NCBI GenBank assembly: GCA_051532055.1
Contig: JAOPTX010000032.1
Coordinates: 1 to 64,000 of the forward strand
DNA length: 64,000 bases
Source: Fibrobacterales bacterium
GTDB taxonomy: Bacteria; Fibrobacterota; Fibrobacteria; Fibrobacterales; JAOPTW01
Direction of reading: 5' to 3'
Numbering within the stretch: the stretch's first letter is position 1; each line of letters starts with the position of its first letter. This document shows positions 51,130 to 62,314 of this stretch, piece after piece. The notes under the pieces are model-generated. The model made no database searches. It was given only the letters and a program-made list of their open reading frames with translations, and was not told the origin of the DNA. A program made the position numbers and the translations under genes.

Positions 51130-53175
51130 TTAAAAGTTATATCCAATTTTACCCGAAAATTCACGACTAGATCCAGGTAGAGGGGTATCATACCCATCAT
51201 AAGCTTCTGCCATTTCATAATTTTCATTCAAAATGTTATACGCTCCAACGGTAAGACTTACCCTATCAAAGAATACTGACTCCCAATTCAACACTAGATC
51301 AACCATATATACACGGTCAAGTTCTTTGTATTGAAAATCTGGAATCCAATTACCTAGTGCATCATATTCATACCCATAATCAGCCCAGATAGCCGTACGT
51401 TCACCTACGAACCGTAGTGAGGGCGTAATATTGAGCCTATTAAATGCACGATAACTCATGCTGAGTGTTGCTTTATGTTCTGCAATCCCAAGCTTCCTAT
51501 CGGTATTTAATGGGTCTCTAAAATTCTCAGCTACCGAACCCCAGTTTCTCGCAAATGAATAATTTGATATCACACTTATATCTTTCCATTTATAACGAAC
51601 CGACAGTTCTGCACCATAGGAGCCCATACTTTTTGAATTAAGGTATAGATTTTGTTCAGCACCAGCATCCCATGTATAGATAATTGCATCACGTATTTGC
51701 ATCCAAAAAATATTTCCCTGAATCCATAAATCACCCATAGGATGGTACCCGAGTTCCGCTTCAGTTATCCAGGTAAATTCCGGCTTTATGTCTGGATTTG
51801 TCGCTACATTTAATATCGCTGGATCCCGTTGAGCCCCACTGAGCAATAATTTTAAATCCAGGTCATTTGTCATAGATCCAGTATAAGCAAGCCGAGGTAC
51901 TATAGAATTTCCATAATTCTCATTATTATTTCCTCGAACTCCTGCGGTAAATGTACCAACACCCGTACGAGCAATCAGCTGCGCGTACAACGCTCCAGTA
52001 TAGCTATCAGTATAATTATCCCCATTATAGGTAGAACTCAAGTAATCCCTTCCTATTATAAAATCATATGTAATCCCCGACAACAATTTAACATCATCAT
52101 TAATATCAACATCTACAGGTATATCCAGTGAGTATTTTTCACTACGGTCATCAATCTGCCAATCAGCATACACTGACCCATCAGAATACAACACCTCATT
52201 CGCATTCCAAGGCTTCTGTTGCTTGTATTGTATGGCCGGGTTCAACCTCAATGACGGAGATATATCCAATAAATAACTGACCTTCGCAGCATAACTGATA
52301 AACTCTGTATGATAATCAGGTACATCATATGTTGGATAAGGAAACTGGATATAATAATTATCATAGAATGCATTGATTGTAAATCCTCCGTATTCTGCCT
52401 TAACTAAAGCATTTGAAACTTTAGTCGACCCATTATCATCGTCGCTCAGATCTATATTTGCACCATATATATCATGTAGCGTTCTATCCGAATAATTCCC
52501 TTGCTCCATGCTTATAAAGGCAGAAACATTCCCCTTCTCACTCTTTGTACCAAGAAAAACATTACCGCCAGTGCGTCCTGTCATTTTTTCTGTTCTAGAA
52601 TAATATCCATTTGCATTCACATTGAGTTCTTTTGATGGATTTTTAGTTATTACCGACACAACAGCCATCTCTGCAGCCCCACCATATTGCACAGACCCAG
52701 GGCCCCGGATAATTTCAACACGCTCTATCATATCTGCACTAAAATGTTGTCCAAATGCAATTGACGCATACATTTCATCATTTACATCTATACCATCAAT
52801 AAGGAGAAGAACCTTTCCTTCACTCGCCCAATTACCCCGTATTGCAACCGAACGAACCCCTTGTAAATCCAATAAGAATTCAAAGCCAGGCACAAATTGC
52901 AATATCTCTTTTAAATCACGCAAGCCTCTTCTTTTAATCTCTTCACTGGTAACAACCGTTACAATTCCCGGTGATTCTCGCTGCGTTAGTGCGAACCCTC
53001 CTGACGCTACATTAATTGACAAATTCATAAGAACATCTAAGTCCATCTCTATGAGGTCATCCAAAGAAACGTCCTCCACCCTAATATTATCTACTTCTTG
53101 CCCCATAAGTGAAGTGGCCACAAGTAAGGTAGCTGCAATAGCGTGCACCAATTTATTCATTAATTTCATTTTCAT
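51130..53175 (-). CDS. TonB-dependent receptor-like outer-membrane protein (plug plus barrel)
   Basis: ESPGIVTVVT, VLLLIDG, IERVEIIRGPGSVQYG, L.PE, GAYNILN, terminal YNF; start one of 53187/53175/53169. Confidence 0.9.
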   Translation of the reverse strand: MKMKLMNKLVHAIAATLLVATSLMGQEVDNIRVEDVSLDDLIEMDLDVLMNLSINVASGGFALTQRESPGIVTVVTSEEIKRRGLRDLKEILQFVPGFEFLLDLQGVRSVAIRGNWASEGKVLLLIDGIDVNDEMYASIAFGQHFSADMIERVEIIRGPGSVQYGGAAEMAVVSVITKNPSKELNVNANGYYSRTEKMTGRTGGNVFLGTKSEKGNVSAFISMEQGNYSDRTLHDIYGANIDLSDDDNGSTKVSNALVKAEYGGFTINAFYDNYYIQFPYPTYDVPDYHTEFISYAAKVSYLLDISPSLRLNPAIQYKQQKPWNANEVLYSDGSVYADWQIDDRSEKYSLDIPVDVDINDDVKLLSGITYDFIIGRDYLSSTYNGDNYTDSYTGALYAQLIARTGVGTFTAGVRGNNNENYGNSIVPRLAYTGSMTNDLDLKLLLSGAQRDPAILNVATNPDIKPEFTWITEAELGYHPMGDLWIQGNIFWMQIRDAIIYTWDAGAEQNLYLNSKSMGSYGAELSVRYKWKDISVISNYSFARNWGSVAENFRDPLNTDRKLGIAEHKATLSMSYRAFNRLNITPSLRFVGERTAIWADYGYEYDALGNWIPDFQYKELDRVYMVDLVLNWESVFFDRVSLTVGAYNILNENYEMAEAYDGYDTPLPGSSREFSGKIGYNF

Positions 53176-55954
53176 GATCATCCTCATTTTCTTCTGCTCT
53201 GTTACGCTTTTCCAATTTCTTAAGCTCTATAATCTTTAACCACTTCTCTAACGTTTTAATAACCGAAACTGAATTAATTGGTTTTGGTATGTAATCATCC
53301 ATGCCTGCATCGAGACACTTCTCTTTATCGCCTTCCATTGCGTTCGCTGTCATTGCTATAATGGGCAACTCCGGGTTTAAAATATCTACACCTTTTTGTC
53401 GAATAACCCGTGTTGCCTTATATCCATCCATTATAGGCATCTGGACATCCATAAAAATCAAATCGTATTCTTTCTCTTTGAGAAGCTGTAATGCCTCTTC
53501 GCCATTACCTGCAATATCAGGAACAATACCCGCTTTTTTCAATACACCTATAGCCACTTTTTGATTTATTTTATTATCCTCAACCAACAAGAGACGCACG
53601 CTGGACCGAATATTTTTACTGATACTGTACTGAGTAATAATCTCTTTCTTCTTAGTGTTCCCTGGATCGACTTCGAGACCCAATGCCTCTTCTAAGCATT
53701 CATGAAGTTCACGCGCAAGAACCGGTTTAGTTAAATAGGCCGCAAAACCCATTTCTGAAAGTCGACTTACATCACCACGCTTCCCCATCGAACTCATCAT
53801 AATCAGAATAGTATCTGCAATTTCTGGGTCATTTTTAATTGCCTCACCAACCATTTCCCCATCCATTCCCGGCATCTGCATATCCAGAATTGCCACAGTA
53901 TATGGACTCCCTTTCTGCTGCGCCTCCTTTAACATAGCAATTCCAGCGGGGCCACTTTCAGAAACATCGCAGGTTACATTCCAGGCACCCAACTGTTTTT
54001 CAACTACCTTTCTATTCGTGTGATTATCATCTATGAATAGAATTTTTTCACCTTCAATATCTTTTCGATGAGCAGGAGTATAGTGTTTATCCGATTTATT
54101 CAACTCGATAGTAAACCAAAAGAGTGACCCTGTTGAACCATTATGACGACACACTTCTGAACCATGCTCTACAGGGCTCTCTACCCCTATCTCGCCATTC
54201 ATTAAAGCCACAAGCTGTTTCGAAATGGCGAGACCAAGACCAGTACCCCCAAATTCTCGGGTCGTTGAACTATCTGCCTGAGTAAATTTTTCAAAGAGCA
54301 TCTCTTGTTTTTCTTTAGGAATACCAATCCCTGTATCCCGGACCCCAATTCTTAACCGAATCGCACTTCCAATATCTTCCTCAAATTGGATACAAACAAT
54401 GACTTCACCCTGTTCTGTAAACTTAATAGCATTACCCGTAAGGTTTGTAACCACTTGTCTCAGGCGTCCTGGATCACCTTTTACATAGACGGGTACTTCA
54501 TTATCGATGCTACAAATAAATTCAACACCTTTTTCATCTGTCCTAAAGGCCATAGTATTTGCAAAACTTCCCAGCATTGAATGGAGATCAAAATCTATCT
54601 CTTCGAGGTCCAACTTGCCCGCTTCAATTTTTGAGAAATCAAGGATATCATTAATGATGGATAGGAGTGACTCGGCACTACTATGTACCGACTCTGCATA
54701 CCCTCTCTGCTCATTATCCAATGATGTATCGAGAAGTAATTCATTCATACCTAGAACTCCATTCATTGGAGTTCTAATCTCATGACTCATTGTTGCAAGA
54801 AAATCACTCTTGGCTCTACTTGCAGCCTCTGCCGCTTCAGTCTGTTCAACAAGAAATTTATTGAGGTCACGAATACGTTTTTCTTCAGTGAGATCCATAA
54901 AGACAAACACAACCCCCGTCACCACTCCCTGATCGTTGCGTATGGGGGCCCCGCTATCACTCATAAACTTTACGTCACCACGAGGCGTTAGAATCACTGT
55001 TTGATTTGAAAGTTTTGTTATAACACCTGCCCTCAATACTATTCCTACTGGGTCAGCGATCCGCTCCCTCGTCGTTTGGTTTTCTAGGGTCAATACCTCA
55101 TCAAAAAAGAGACCTTTTGATTCATCTATTTTTAAACCCACAAGTTCTTCTGCTGCAGGATTCATTCGCTCTATTATGCCTTTAATATTTGTGGTAATAA
55201 CCGATTCACCGAGGGAATCAAGAGTCGTACGCAAGTCACGTTCTTGCTCCTCAAGTTCAACTTTTGCATCATGTATAGTGTCCATGAGTGCATTAAAGTT
55301 GTCATAGAGCACCCCTATCTCATCCGTACTCTCTTTTTCAATATGTCGTGACTCATGCTCTCCTCTAGATAACTGTTCCATAAACTGAACAAGTTTTATA
55401 ATTGGAGCCGTTACTGATCGCTGTAATATATAGGCAAGAAGAAGACTCCCACACACAAGTCCCAATAATAAGAGCAACAAGGTCATGATATTTGATCTGT
55501 TTTCGGCATCCATTTTATTCGTTGAAGCAACAATATAAACCAACCCTATCCGTTGCTCTTGCTCAAAAATTGGATAGAACATGTGGAGTTCATCTTCTTC
55601 AAACCGATGTCCCGCCTGTATGTTTTTCTTCCCCTTGGGAAATTCGACATCGCCTCGGATATATTCAGAAAATACCGTAGAGTCCGCCGTATAAACGAGT
55701 ACTCGCTCAATCACATCAATTGATTCCATCGAATTGAGGTAGCTTTGAGCCACTTCACTATCATCAAACATCAAGGGAACGGTCACATATCGGCTGACCA
55801 CTTTTGCTTGTTCCATTATTGAGTTAACAAAATTGTTTCTTAAATTGGTGGCACTACGAATACTCAGTACCGTAAAACCAAGAGAAAGAGTCACAAAACT
55901 GATCCCCACTATGATCAGTAATAACTTTTTCCGTATAGAGATATTACGAATCAT
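53153..55954 (-). CDS. Hybrid kinase: CHASE8-like-HAMP-PAS-HisKA-HATPase-REC-REC
   Basis: [38 protein letters not shown], two D.QMP receiver motifs. Confidence 0.93.
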   Translation of the reverse strand: MIRNISIRKKLLLIIVGISFVTLSLGFTVLSIRSATNLRNNFVNSIMEQAKVVSRYVTVPLMFDDSEVAQSYLNSMESIDVIERVLVYTADSTVFSEYIRGDVEFPKGKKNIQAGHRFEEDELHMFYPIFEQEQRIGLVYIVASTNKMDAENRSNIMTLLLLLLGLVCGSLLLAYILQRSVTAPIIKLVQFMEQLSRGEHESRHIEKESTDEIGVLYDNFNALMDTIHDAKVELEEQERDLRTTLDSLGESVITTNIKGIIERMNPAAEELVGLKIDESKGLFFDEVLTLENQTTRERIADPVGIVLRAGVITKLSNQTVILTPRGDVKFMSDSGAPIRNDQGVVTGVVFVFMDLTEEKRIRDLNKFLVEQTEAAEAASRAKSDFLATMSHEIRTPMNGVLGMNELLLDTSLDNEQRGYAESVHSSAESLLSIINDILDFSKIEAGKLDLEEIDFDLHSMLGSFANTMAFRTDEKGVEFICSIDNEVPVYVKGDPGRLRQVVTNLTGNAIKFTEQGEVIVCIQFEEDIGSAIRLRIGVRDTGIGIPKEKQEMLFEKFTQADSSTTREFGGTGLGLAISKQLVALMNGEIGVESPVEHGSEVCRHNGSTGSLFWFTIELNKSDKHYTPAHRKDIEGEKILFIDDNHTNRKVVEKQLGAWNVTCDVSESGPAGIAMLKEAQQKGSPYTVAILDMQMPGMDGEMVGEAIKNDPEIADTILIMMSSMGKRGDVSRLSEMGFAAYLTKPVLARELHECLEEALGLEVDPGNTKKKEIITQYSISKNIRSSVRLLLVEDNKINQKVAIGVLKKAGIVPDIAGNGEEALQLLKEKEYDLIFMDVQMPIMDGYKATRVIRQKGVDILNPELPIIAMTANAMEGDKEKCLDAGMDDYIPKPINSVSVIKTLEKWLKIIELKKLEKRNRAEENEDDHENEINE

Positions 55955-56506
55955 TTATCGAGCCCCCTGCATTTTTTTGAGATAACTCAAAAGGAAGGAA
56001 CTTGCCTTAAGCCCCGAAGCCGCCATAGCCCCGGTATTCATATTAAAACGAACTTTATTATTCTCCTTGTAAAGCAGTACGTGCGCCCCCTTGTCTAATA
56101 ACTCGGGGTTTTCAGTAACAATAAGTGCATGATACTGCTTGTTTTTCTCAAGAAGAAGGTCAAAATCACTCTCACTTTTGGGAGCAATATAAATGACATG
56201 TGCCGTAAAAATAGAATCAACCAAAGAAAGTTTTTGGACCGTTGTTACCCTTTTTTTGATGGTACGACCTTCCATAGCCTTTTCAATCCAAGAAGAAAGA
56301 GGGGAGTCTCCTAATATAAATACGCTAAATTTGTCAGTTTGATCACTCTCGCTCCAAGTAATTAAGGAAACAACCTTTATGAGATAAGCTGCTTTAAGCT
56401 TATTTTCACCTGAATTTTGGCCGAAACTTGTTGAAAATGCCAATAACACTACAATGAGTAGTATGACTCCTCGTGAGTGAGGTTTTTTCTTAAAGTATCC
56501 GTTCAA
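55955..56506 (-). CDS. YfiR family (DUF4154) periplasmic protein
   Basis: SD AGGA before TTG 56506; ENKLKAAYL....W, KVRFNMN..A..GLK.SS.LL. Confidence 0.85.
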   Translation of the reverse strand: MNGYFKKKPHSRGVILLIVVLLAFSTSFGQNSGENKLKAAYLIKVVSLITWSESDQTDKFSVFILGDSPLSSWIEKAMEGRTIKKRVTTVQKLSLVDSIFTAHVIYIAPKSESDFDLLLEKNKQYHALIVTENPELLDKGAHVLLYKENNKVRFNMNTGAMAASGLKASSFLLSYLKKMQGAR

Positions 56507-56878
56507 ACAGTATCCTAATAGAGCGGGTAGAATTCTTGGATATTTTACCAAACATTTCTCAATAAATGCCAATTTTAGCCCATATTCTCTAAAATACCCC
56601 ACATTGCTTACCTTTAACAAGCATATAATAGGCTTTAAACATTTTTCCCTATCAGAAAGGACCCCTGTAACACTCTAGCATCTTTCTAGTATTTCCTTGA
56701 ATTTCAACGATTTATGCTCACCATACAGCGGTAACAAATTGTGAACGACCAATGCAATGTAAGCTAGATTTAACTATGCCCCCCTTCCTAATTATGCTAT
56801 TTTTGAATTACTATCTAATAACCGTGGATCTCAGTCCTATTTCTCACCCCTTAAGAGAGTCCACATTAAGGAGAATCT

Positions 56879-59800
56879 ATGCAGGCTACTGTGTTTGTTA
56901 TTCTATCTCTATGTATCTCTGGCCTCTTTGCCCAGACAACACTTTATTTTGAAGACTTCGAAAACATATCTTCTGCTTCCAGCGATTGGAGTATTTATAG
57001 TGGTTCCGATTGGGAAATTGGCGCACCAACGTATTCTAGTGGCCCAGAAGCGCTTTGGGGAGATAATGTCGCTGGTCTCGACCTAGAGTCGTATCCATCA
57101 GCCTATAGCTATAATTATTTCACTTCGAGTACCATAACATTGCCCCTATCAAGTGATCTCCAATTAGAATTTCACTACTGGTCCGACATATCAAACTACA
57201 ATGAATTACAGGTTGAAATATATACGGGAACCACATGGTATCCTATTATTACAAACCTCCTTTCCAACACCAGCAACCAGTGGAGAAGAGCCTCATATGA
57301 CCTCGCATCCTATGCTGGTCAGAATATCAAACTTCGCTTTATTGCAGCCCTTTCTTATAGTAGTTCCTATTATTCTGGAGCATATATTGATAATATCATT
57401 CTTACCGATTTTGAGGGACATACGCTTTACAACGGATCAACAGTATCTGGTACCATGCAACCTTCAACTACTCTAATCAATGTCACAACCACTTCTATTA
57501 ATGCAACTTCACCACAAGCGCACTCTTTTAGTCACTGGACATCAAAACAAAATGCCATATTTGGAGATGCCACTCAGGCCGCAACTACAGTAACCCTTAC
57601 TACAAACGACACCATAGCCCCTGTTTTTGTACTCGCCCCCATGAAGGCCCTTTCTGAAACACCAGACACACTCAACCTTGATACTAATGCACTTGATTCT
57701 AACTGGGTAAAAGGAGTCTGGACTTCATTTACTGCACCCAAAGCAGGTATATACCGGTTTGATTATAACTATCTGACAAATACCACACTCTACTCAGTCG
57801 CAATGCACCCAAACTCACCACTCTCGGTGCCCCGTTTTTCATATAGTAGTAGAACTTCAGGATCTAACTCTTTCACCGCTGACTCTGCTGGTCACACCTT
57901 CTATTTTCACACTACTGCATATAGTGCTTCGTATAACTTATACTCAATTGAATTATCCGTTAAACATGAAGTAACCCTCACCACTGCGGCAACAGGTTCG
58001 GGTACTCCCACGTATGCATATATTGATCTATCTGCTGGTGATAGCGCCACTGTAACTGCAACACCACATTTAGGCTGGACATTTGTTCATTGGTCAGTCG
58101 ACACCGCTAAAAAAGCAACGATCAGAACTCCTGATGAATCCTCTACCATTGTTATTGTAGATTCATCGACAACAATAACAGCAACATTTACGAGACGGCC
58201 CGTTGCAGGGACCCTCATCAGCTCAGATGAAACCTATAACTACTCTGATGACGGAACGCCACAAGAGGGTGTGTTCTTTCAGTACTCACCTCCCTCGACT
58301 AACACCTACGTTATAACCCGCAAAGTGAACAGTTCGATTCCTGACTCACTGATTGTCTATAGTGATTCACTCTACACTACACCAATTTCAAAAACATATT
58401 GTAGCTGCACCAACCTATTTTCTTCAGAACTCGCACTCGAAAAAGACTCTATCTACTATATCCGAATATACCCCAATACAGCTTCGTTACCTGATTACGA
58501 CTTCACTATATCTGCCGATACCAGCGTTACCGTAGCTATCGCCCCAACTACTCATGGCGAAGCGTATGTTTTTACTTCAGGGGGCCACACTTCCACTGCT
58601 AGCATTTCTGATGATGACGCAGTATCTATTGATGCAACACCACAACTTTCATACTTATTCAGCGCCTGGACTTCAAGCAAACCGACCGCAACAGACTTTG
58701 ATGACGCCACCCTCGCGTCAACAACATTCTCAACTACCGAAGATGTCATCATCACACCTCAATTTTCCTATGCGCCCCCACACCTTTTTAATACTCTCGA
58801 CTCAACCTTTTCACTAGAGGATGACTCTTTTCTACAGCTATCACAACTCGGAATACTCATCAAACATAGTACTGCTGACTCTGGATTCTTTATTCTCAGT
58901 GTTGAAGACATGACAACAGCAGCACTATTCTCATTTTCACAAACGACCGATTCAAGCTTCTCTACAGAGTTACTTAAAACAAGTGGCTCGCTAAAAAACA
59001 GCCTTCCATTATATAGCCACGGCCCTCAAGACTCAGCCTTCTACAAAGTGTATAACAGTGGCTCCACCACTACTGATAGCATTACTATTATAACAGAAAA
59101 AGCTGTCGGCATCAAAACCCTCGTCACCGGCTCCCCAGCTCACGGGACCATTGAGTACCCCACAACCCTTCTGAGCCTAACAGGCGCCCTGAGCGATACT
59201 ATTATTACTGCACCCGATACAGAGATTATTCTTACTGCAAACCCCAACCCAGGATACATCTTTTCTCAATGGAGTACCCTTGAGACATCACCAAGTACTT
59301 TTGACTCCGTTGGTAAAACCCTTACCCTGGCTGCTGATTCCACTCTCTCCATTACGGCGCATTTCCAGCGTACGCCCCCACACCTCATAGATGATACCCT
59401 CCGTAGTTACGAATACACATCCGATGCATCGGACCAAAATTGGCAAGATGGGAGCTACTTTGTCTATCGCGCACCAGCAATAGGCTCCTATAACATCGTA
59501 TTCAATAATTATGGGTTATCCTCTTACAAGATTCTGCATTCATATACTGACAGTACTTTTTCCACACCATTAACAGCCTCAACCACTGCAACAGACTATC
59601 CCCTAACTAAAACAATTACCGCTACCAGCGTCGGTCAAACATTCTACTATAAGGTACTCACTACCTCAGTCAATGCAACACGACGATTTTCTGCTCAAGC
59701 CTTTAAACAATTAACTGTAGAGCTTATCGCTGATTCAACGGGCACCACGAAAGCACTCTATGGAAACTATACTCAAGGCGATACCGTCACCTTAAAAGCC

Positions 59801-61924
59801 ATTCCTAAAAAAGGACACAGCTTTAAGAAGTGGATTATTGCTACAGGGAATCCCATTATAGCCGATTCCACCGATCCAAATACAGATATATATTTACGCG
59901 ATCAGCATGTACTCCTCAGAGCAACCTTTAAACTTGATTCAATAAATACTGCCCACGAGTCCCCCATAGAGTATGATTATTACACCGACTCACAAAACAA
60001 TCTCTATAGTCAAGAAGGTGTTTGGTTTAAATACCATGTGACAATTCCAGGGTCACAACTCATTTCTATCATCAGTGAAAATAACACCGATAATCGCTTA
60101 GTGTTCTATGGCCTCGACTCCACCTTCTCAGAGGCAGATAGTATTGAAGTTGAAAATACTGGAAGCTTCTATCACGCCTTTACCGGAATCAAAGGTGAAA
60201 CCCACTACTTTAGACTGACAACAGATGTATCGAGTCGCTTTGATTCATTCAGCCTTAAAGCGCATAAATCTGCTACCATTACGACCGCAACCATTGGTGC
60301 AGGCTCTCTCCAATTTAAATCAACCAGTGATTCTGACGGCGCTTACAAACCCGAAAATGTATTTTTCATAACAACTCCCATTGGATTTGTTGCAGCCCCA
60401 GAGACAGGGTATCAATTTAGTCATTGGGAAGTTACTGGCCTCGGCTCAGTGGGTAATATTTATGCTTCCGAAACCACTATTATTCCAATTACCGATATGA
60501 CCGTTACCGCTCATTTTAGAGAAACAGACAAATACACAATCACCACTACACCGCTCCTCTACAACTACACTAATCATGCTGCTGGTGGAGACCCTCGCAA
60601 TGGAGTTTGGTTCACCTTTACCGCCCCCAACACTGCAGAATACACGATAACAATTGATGATCCATCAGATGATATGGAGTCAGATAAAATCTTTTATCAA
60701 TACTCCGATTCAACGTTTACTACGTATCTCAACAAAGAGACCGGCCCTAACCATGAGTATCACACTATTAATGCTATAGCTGGTGAAACCTATTACTTCA
60801 TGGCTACCGTTAAGAAAGCAGAAGAGTATGATAAAGATTTTATCATTTTTGTTAAAGGGCGCTACACTGCATTTACCATTTATTCTACAAGCTTTGAAGT
60901 AGAATACTCTCCTATAGGAGCAAGCAAGCCACTTAACGCCACCGCAACTGGTTCATGGGAACGCGGCCCCGCATCCCTGACCGCAGGACCAGACGACACT
61001 TATAATGGGGCTCAGCTCATTGGAACAAATATCAATGGCTTCTATGGGAACAATGCTCAAGACTCTCTGAGAATTGATTCTATCATATTACCAGATTTTG
61101 ATGATATCGAACTCTCTTTTGCAAGCTGGTGTGAAAATGAAAAAGATCGCGATATAGGGACATTATTGGTAAAGGGAAGCCATGAAAGTGAGTGGAAAAA
61201 GCTTCTCTCTGCAAATAGCCCTAACCCAAAATGGAATCGACTCTCTAAAGGCTTAGACGATTACGCAGGCGACACTATTTCCCTCCTTTTTATCTTTGAA
61301 TCTGACGATATTTTAACATTTGACGGCTGGTATATTGACGACATCACTATTACCCTGATGATGGATGAAACTATTGGCCCAGGAAACGTGAGCTCTATAG
61401 ACCCTGCAACAATACCCATTATCCCTGGCGGCCCTAATGACACAACACTTACCTCTGGTGAACCCGGAACCGAGAATCCAGGAGAGGGCGAAACCTCCAC
61501 TGGTCCTATAACCATTCCTCCTCGAGATTCAGGAGGATACCTCCCTGACTCAATTTATGGTGGGGAATGGATCACTAATCCTGGTACGGGCGATACTATT
61601 GCCTATATCGATACAACACGTGGCGATACATTGACTCTGCAAGGTGATTTAGTTTCGCCTAAAGACATTCAAGATTCAGTATTTGTTCTTGATAGCATTG
61701 CCCCTATCCTTCCTTCGTCCTCAAGTCGCTTTTCTTCACTCTCAATCATTCCCCAAGGCACAACTCAAATAGGTGTTCCGATACATGCACGACTCATTAC
61801 GATATATTCAATAGATGGGTCAAAGGTATTTCAATCTACACTCAACGGAACTCAAGAGAGTATTTTTGAAATCCCTCAAAGCATTTGGACCGGTTCAATA
61901 CTTTTCATGGAAATCGAAGAATAA
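56879..61924 (+). CDS. Large secreted multidomain surface protein (repeat modules, MAM/InhA-like ends, T9SS-like C-terminus)
   Basis: Signal peptide; six P..G..F..W modules alternating with GV[WF]F.[FY].AP...Y modules; two YFEDFE..W..G.P..GP..YID.I domains; IYSIDG C-terminus. Confidence 0.85.
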   Translation: MQATVFVILSLCISGLFAQTTLYFEDFENISSASSDWSIYSGSDWEIGAPTYSSGPEALWGDNVAGLDLESYPSAYSYNYFTSSTITLPLSSDLQLEFHYWSDISNYNELQVEIYTGTTWYPIITNLLSNTSNQWRRASYDLASYAGQNIKLRFIAALSYSSSYYSGAYIDNIILTDFEGHTLYNGSTVSGTMQPSTTLINVTTTSINATSPQAHSFSHWTSKQNAIFGDATQAATTVTLTTNDTIAPVFVLAPMKALSETPDTLNLDTNALDSNWVKGVWTSFTAPKAGIYRFDYNYLTNTTLYSVAMHPNSPLSVPRFSYSSRTSGSNSFTADSAGHTFYFHTTAYSASYNLYSIELSVKHEVTLTTAATGSGTPTYAYIDLSAGDSATVTATPHLGWTFVHWSVDTAKKATIRTPDESSTIVIVDSSTTITATFTRRPVAGTLISSDETYNYSDDGTPQEGVFFQYSPPSTNTYVITRKVNSSIPDSLIVYSDSLYTTPISKTYCSCTNLFSSELALEKDSIYYIRIYPNTASLPDYDFTISADTSVTVAIAPTTHGEAYVFTSGGHTSTASISDDDAVSIDATPQLSYLFSAWTSSKPTATDFDDATLASTTFSTTEDVIITPQFSYAPPHLFNTLDSTFSLEDDSFLQLSQLGILIKHSTADSGFFILSVEDMTTAALFSFSQTTDSSFSTELLKTSGSLKNSLPLYSHGPQDSAFYKVYNSGSTTTDSITIITEKAVGIKTLVTGSPAHGTIEYPTTLLSLTGALSDTIITAPDTEIILTANPNPGYIFSQWSTLETSPSTFDSVGKTLTLAADSTLSITAHFQRTPPHLIDDTLRSYEYTSDASDQNWQDGSYFVYRAPAIGSYNIVFNNYGLSSYKILHSYTDSTFSTPLTASTTATDYPLTKTITATSVGQTFYYKVLTTSVNATRRFSAQAFKQLTVELIADSTGTTKALYGNYTQGDTVTLKAIPKKGHSFKKWIIATGNPIIADSTDPNTDIYLRDQHVLLRATFKLDSINTAHESPIEYDYYTDSQNNLYSQEGVWFKYHVTIPGSQLISIISENNTDNRLVFYGLDSTFSEADSIEVENTGSFYHAFTGIKGETHYFRLTTDVSSRFDSFSLKAHKSATITTATIGAGSLQFKSTSDSDGAYKPENVFFITTPIGFVAAPETGYQFSHWEVTGLGSVGNIYASETTIIPITDMTVTAHFRETDKYTITTTPLLYNYTNHAAGGDPRNGVWFTFTAPNTAEYTITIDDPSDDMESDKIFYQYSDSTFTTYLNKETGPNHEYHTINAIAGETYYFMATVKKAEEYDKDFIIFVKGRYTAFTIYSTSFEVEYSPIGASKPLNATATGSWERGPASLTAGPDDTYNGAQLIGTNINGFYGNNAQDSLRIDSIILPDFDDIELSFASWCENEKDRDIGTLLVKGSHESEWKKLLSANSPNPKWNRLSKGLDDYAGDTISLLFIFESDDILTFDGWYIDDITITLMMDETIGPGNVSSIDPATIPIIPGGPNDTTLTSGEPGTENPGEGETSTGPITIPPRDSGGYLPDSIYGGEWITNPGTGDTIAYIDTTRGDTLTLQGDLVSPKDIQDSVFVLDSIAPILPSSSSRFSSLSIIPQGTTQIGVPIHARLITIYSIDGSKVFQSTLNGTQESIFEIPQSIWTGSILFMEIEE

Positions 61925-61929
61925 TTAAG

Positions 61930-61976
61930 AAAAAAAATCAACCACTACATAGAGACCGATCTCTGTAGTGGTTGAT
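61930..61976. terminator. Terminator between convergent genes
   Basis: ATCAACCACTACA..TGTAGTGGTTGAT with A-tract on the left. Confidence 0.8.
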
Positions 61977-62011
61977 CATCTCTTCACTATAATCGGAAGA
62001 GAATAATTTTT

Positions 62012-62314
62012 TTAGTAGAAGCGTGGCGTATCATCGCCTGTAAGAATATAATACCCAAGAGTCACCGCTTTTGAAATTCGTGATTCTTTGTGCCCTTTCA
62101 ATACTGGCATCTCTTCTTGACATACGGGGAGTACAATACAGTCAGAATCATCACAATCTACAAGACCATCCAAATCAGTATCAATTCCATCCATACACAT
62201 AGTCGCTGAACTCTCATGGCGAAAGTCAACATCTGATTTTAACCCGGTGCCCAAGCTCATTAATACCGTTATAAGCAGACCGGCAATACCAATTACAACC
62301 GTATAGCGTTTCAT
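62012..62314 (-). CDS. Small exported protein with a Cys/Asp metal-binding motif
   Basis: N-terminal hydrophobic helix; CMDGIDTDLDGLVDCDDSDC. Confidence 0.7.
   Translation of the reverse strand: MKRYTVVIGIAGLLITVLMSLGTGLKSDVDFRHESSATMCMDGIDTDLDGLVDCDDSDCIVLPVCQEEMPVLKGHKESRISKAVTLGYYILTGDDTPRFY

Noticed and set aside
52622..53239. 205-aa antisense ORF, and similar shadow ORFs such as 49397-49861, 42628-43074, 6884-7333 and 27560-27970
   Set aside because: Fully overlap well-supported genes, show no motifs, and are explained by codon bias of the sense strand
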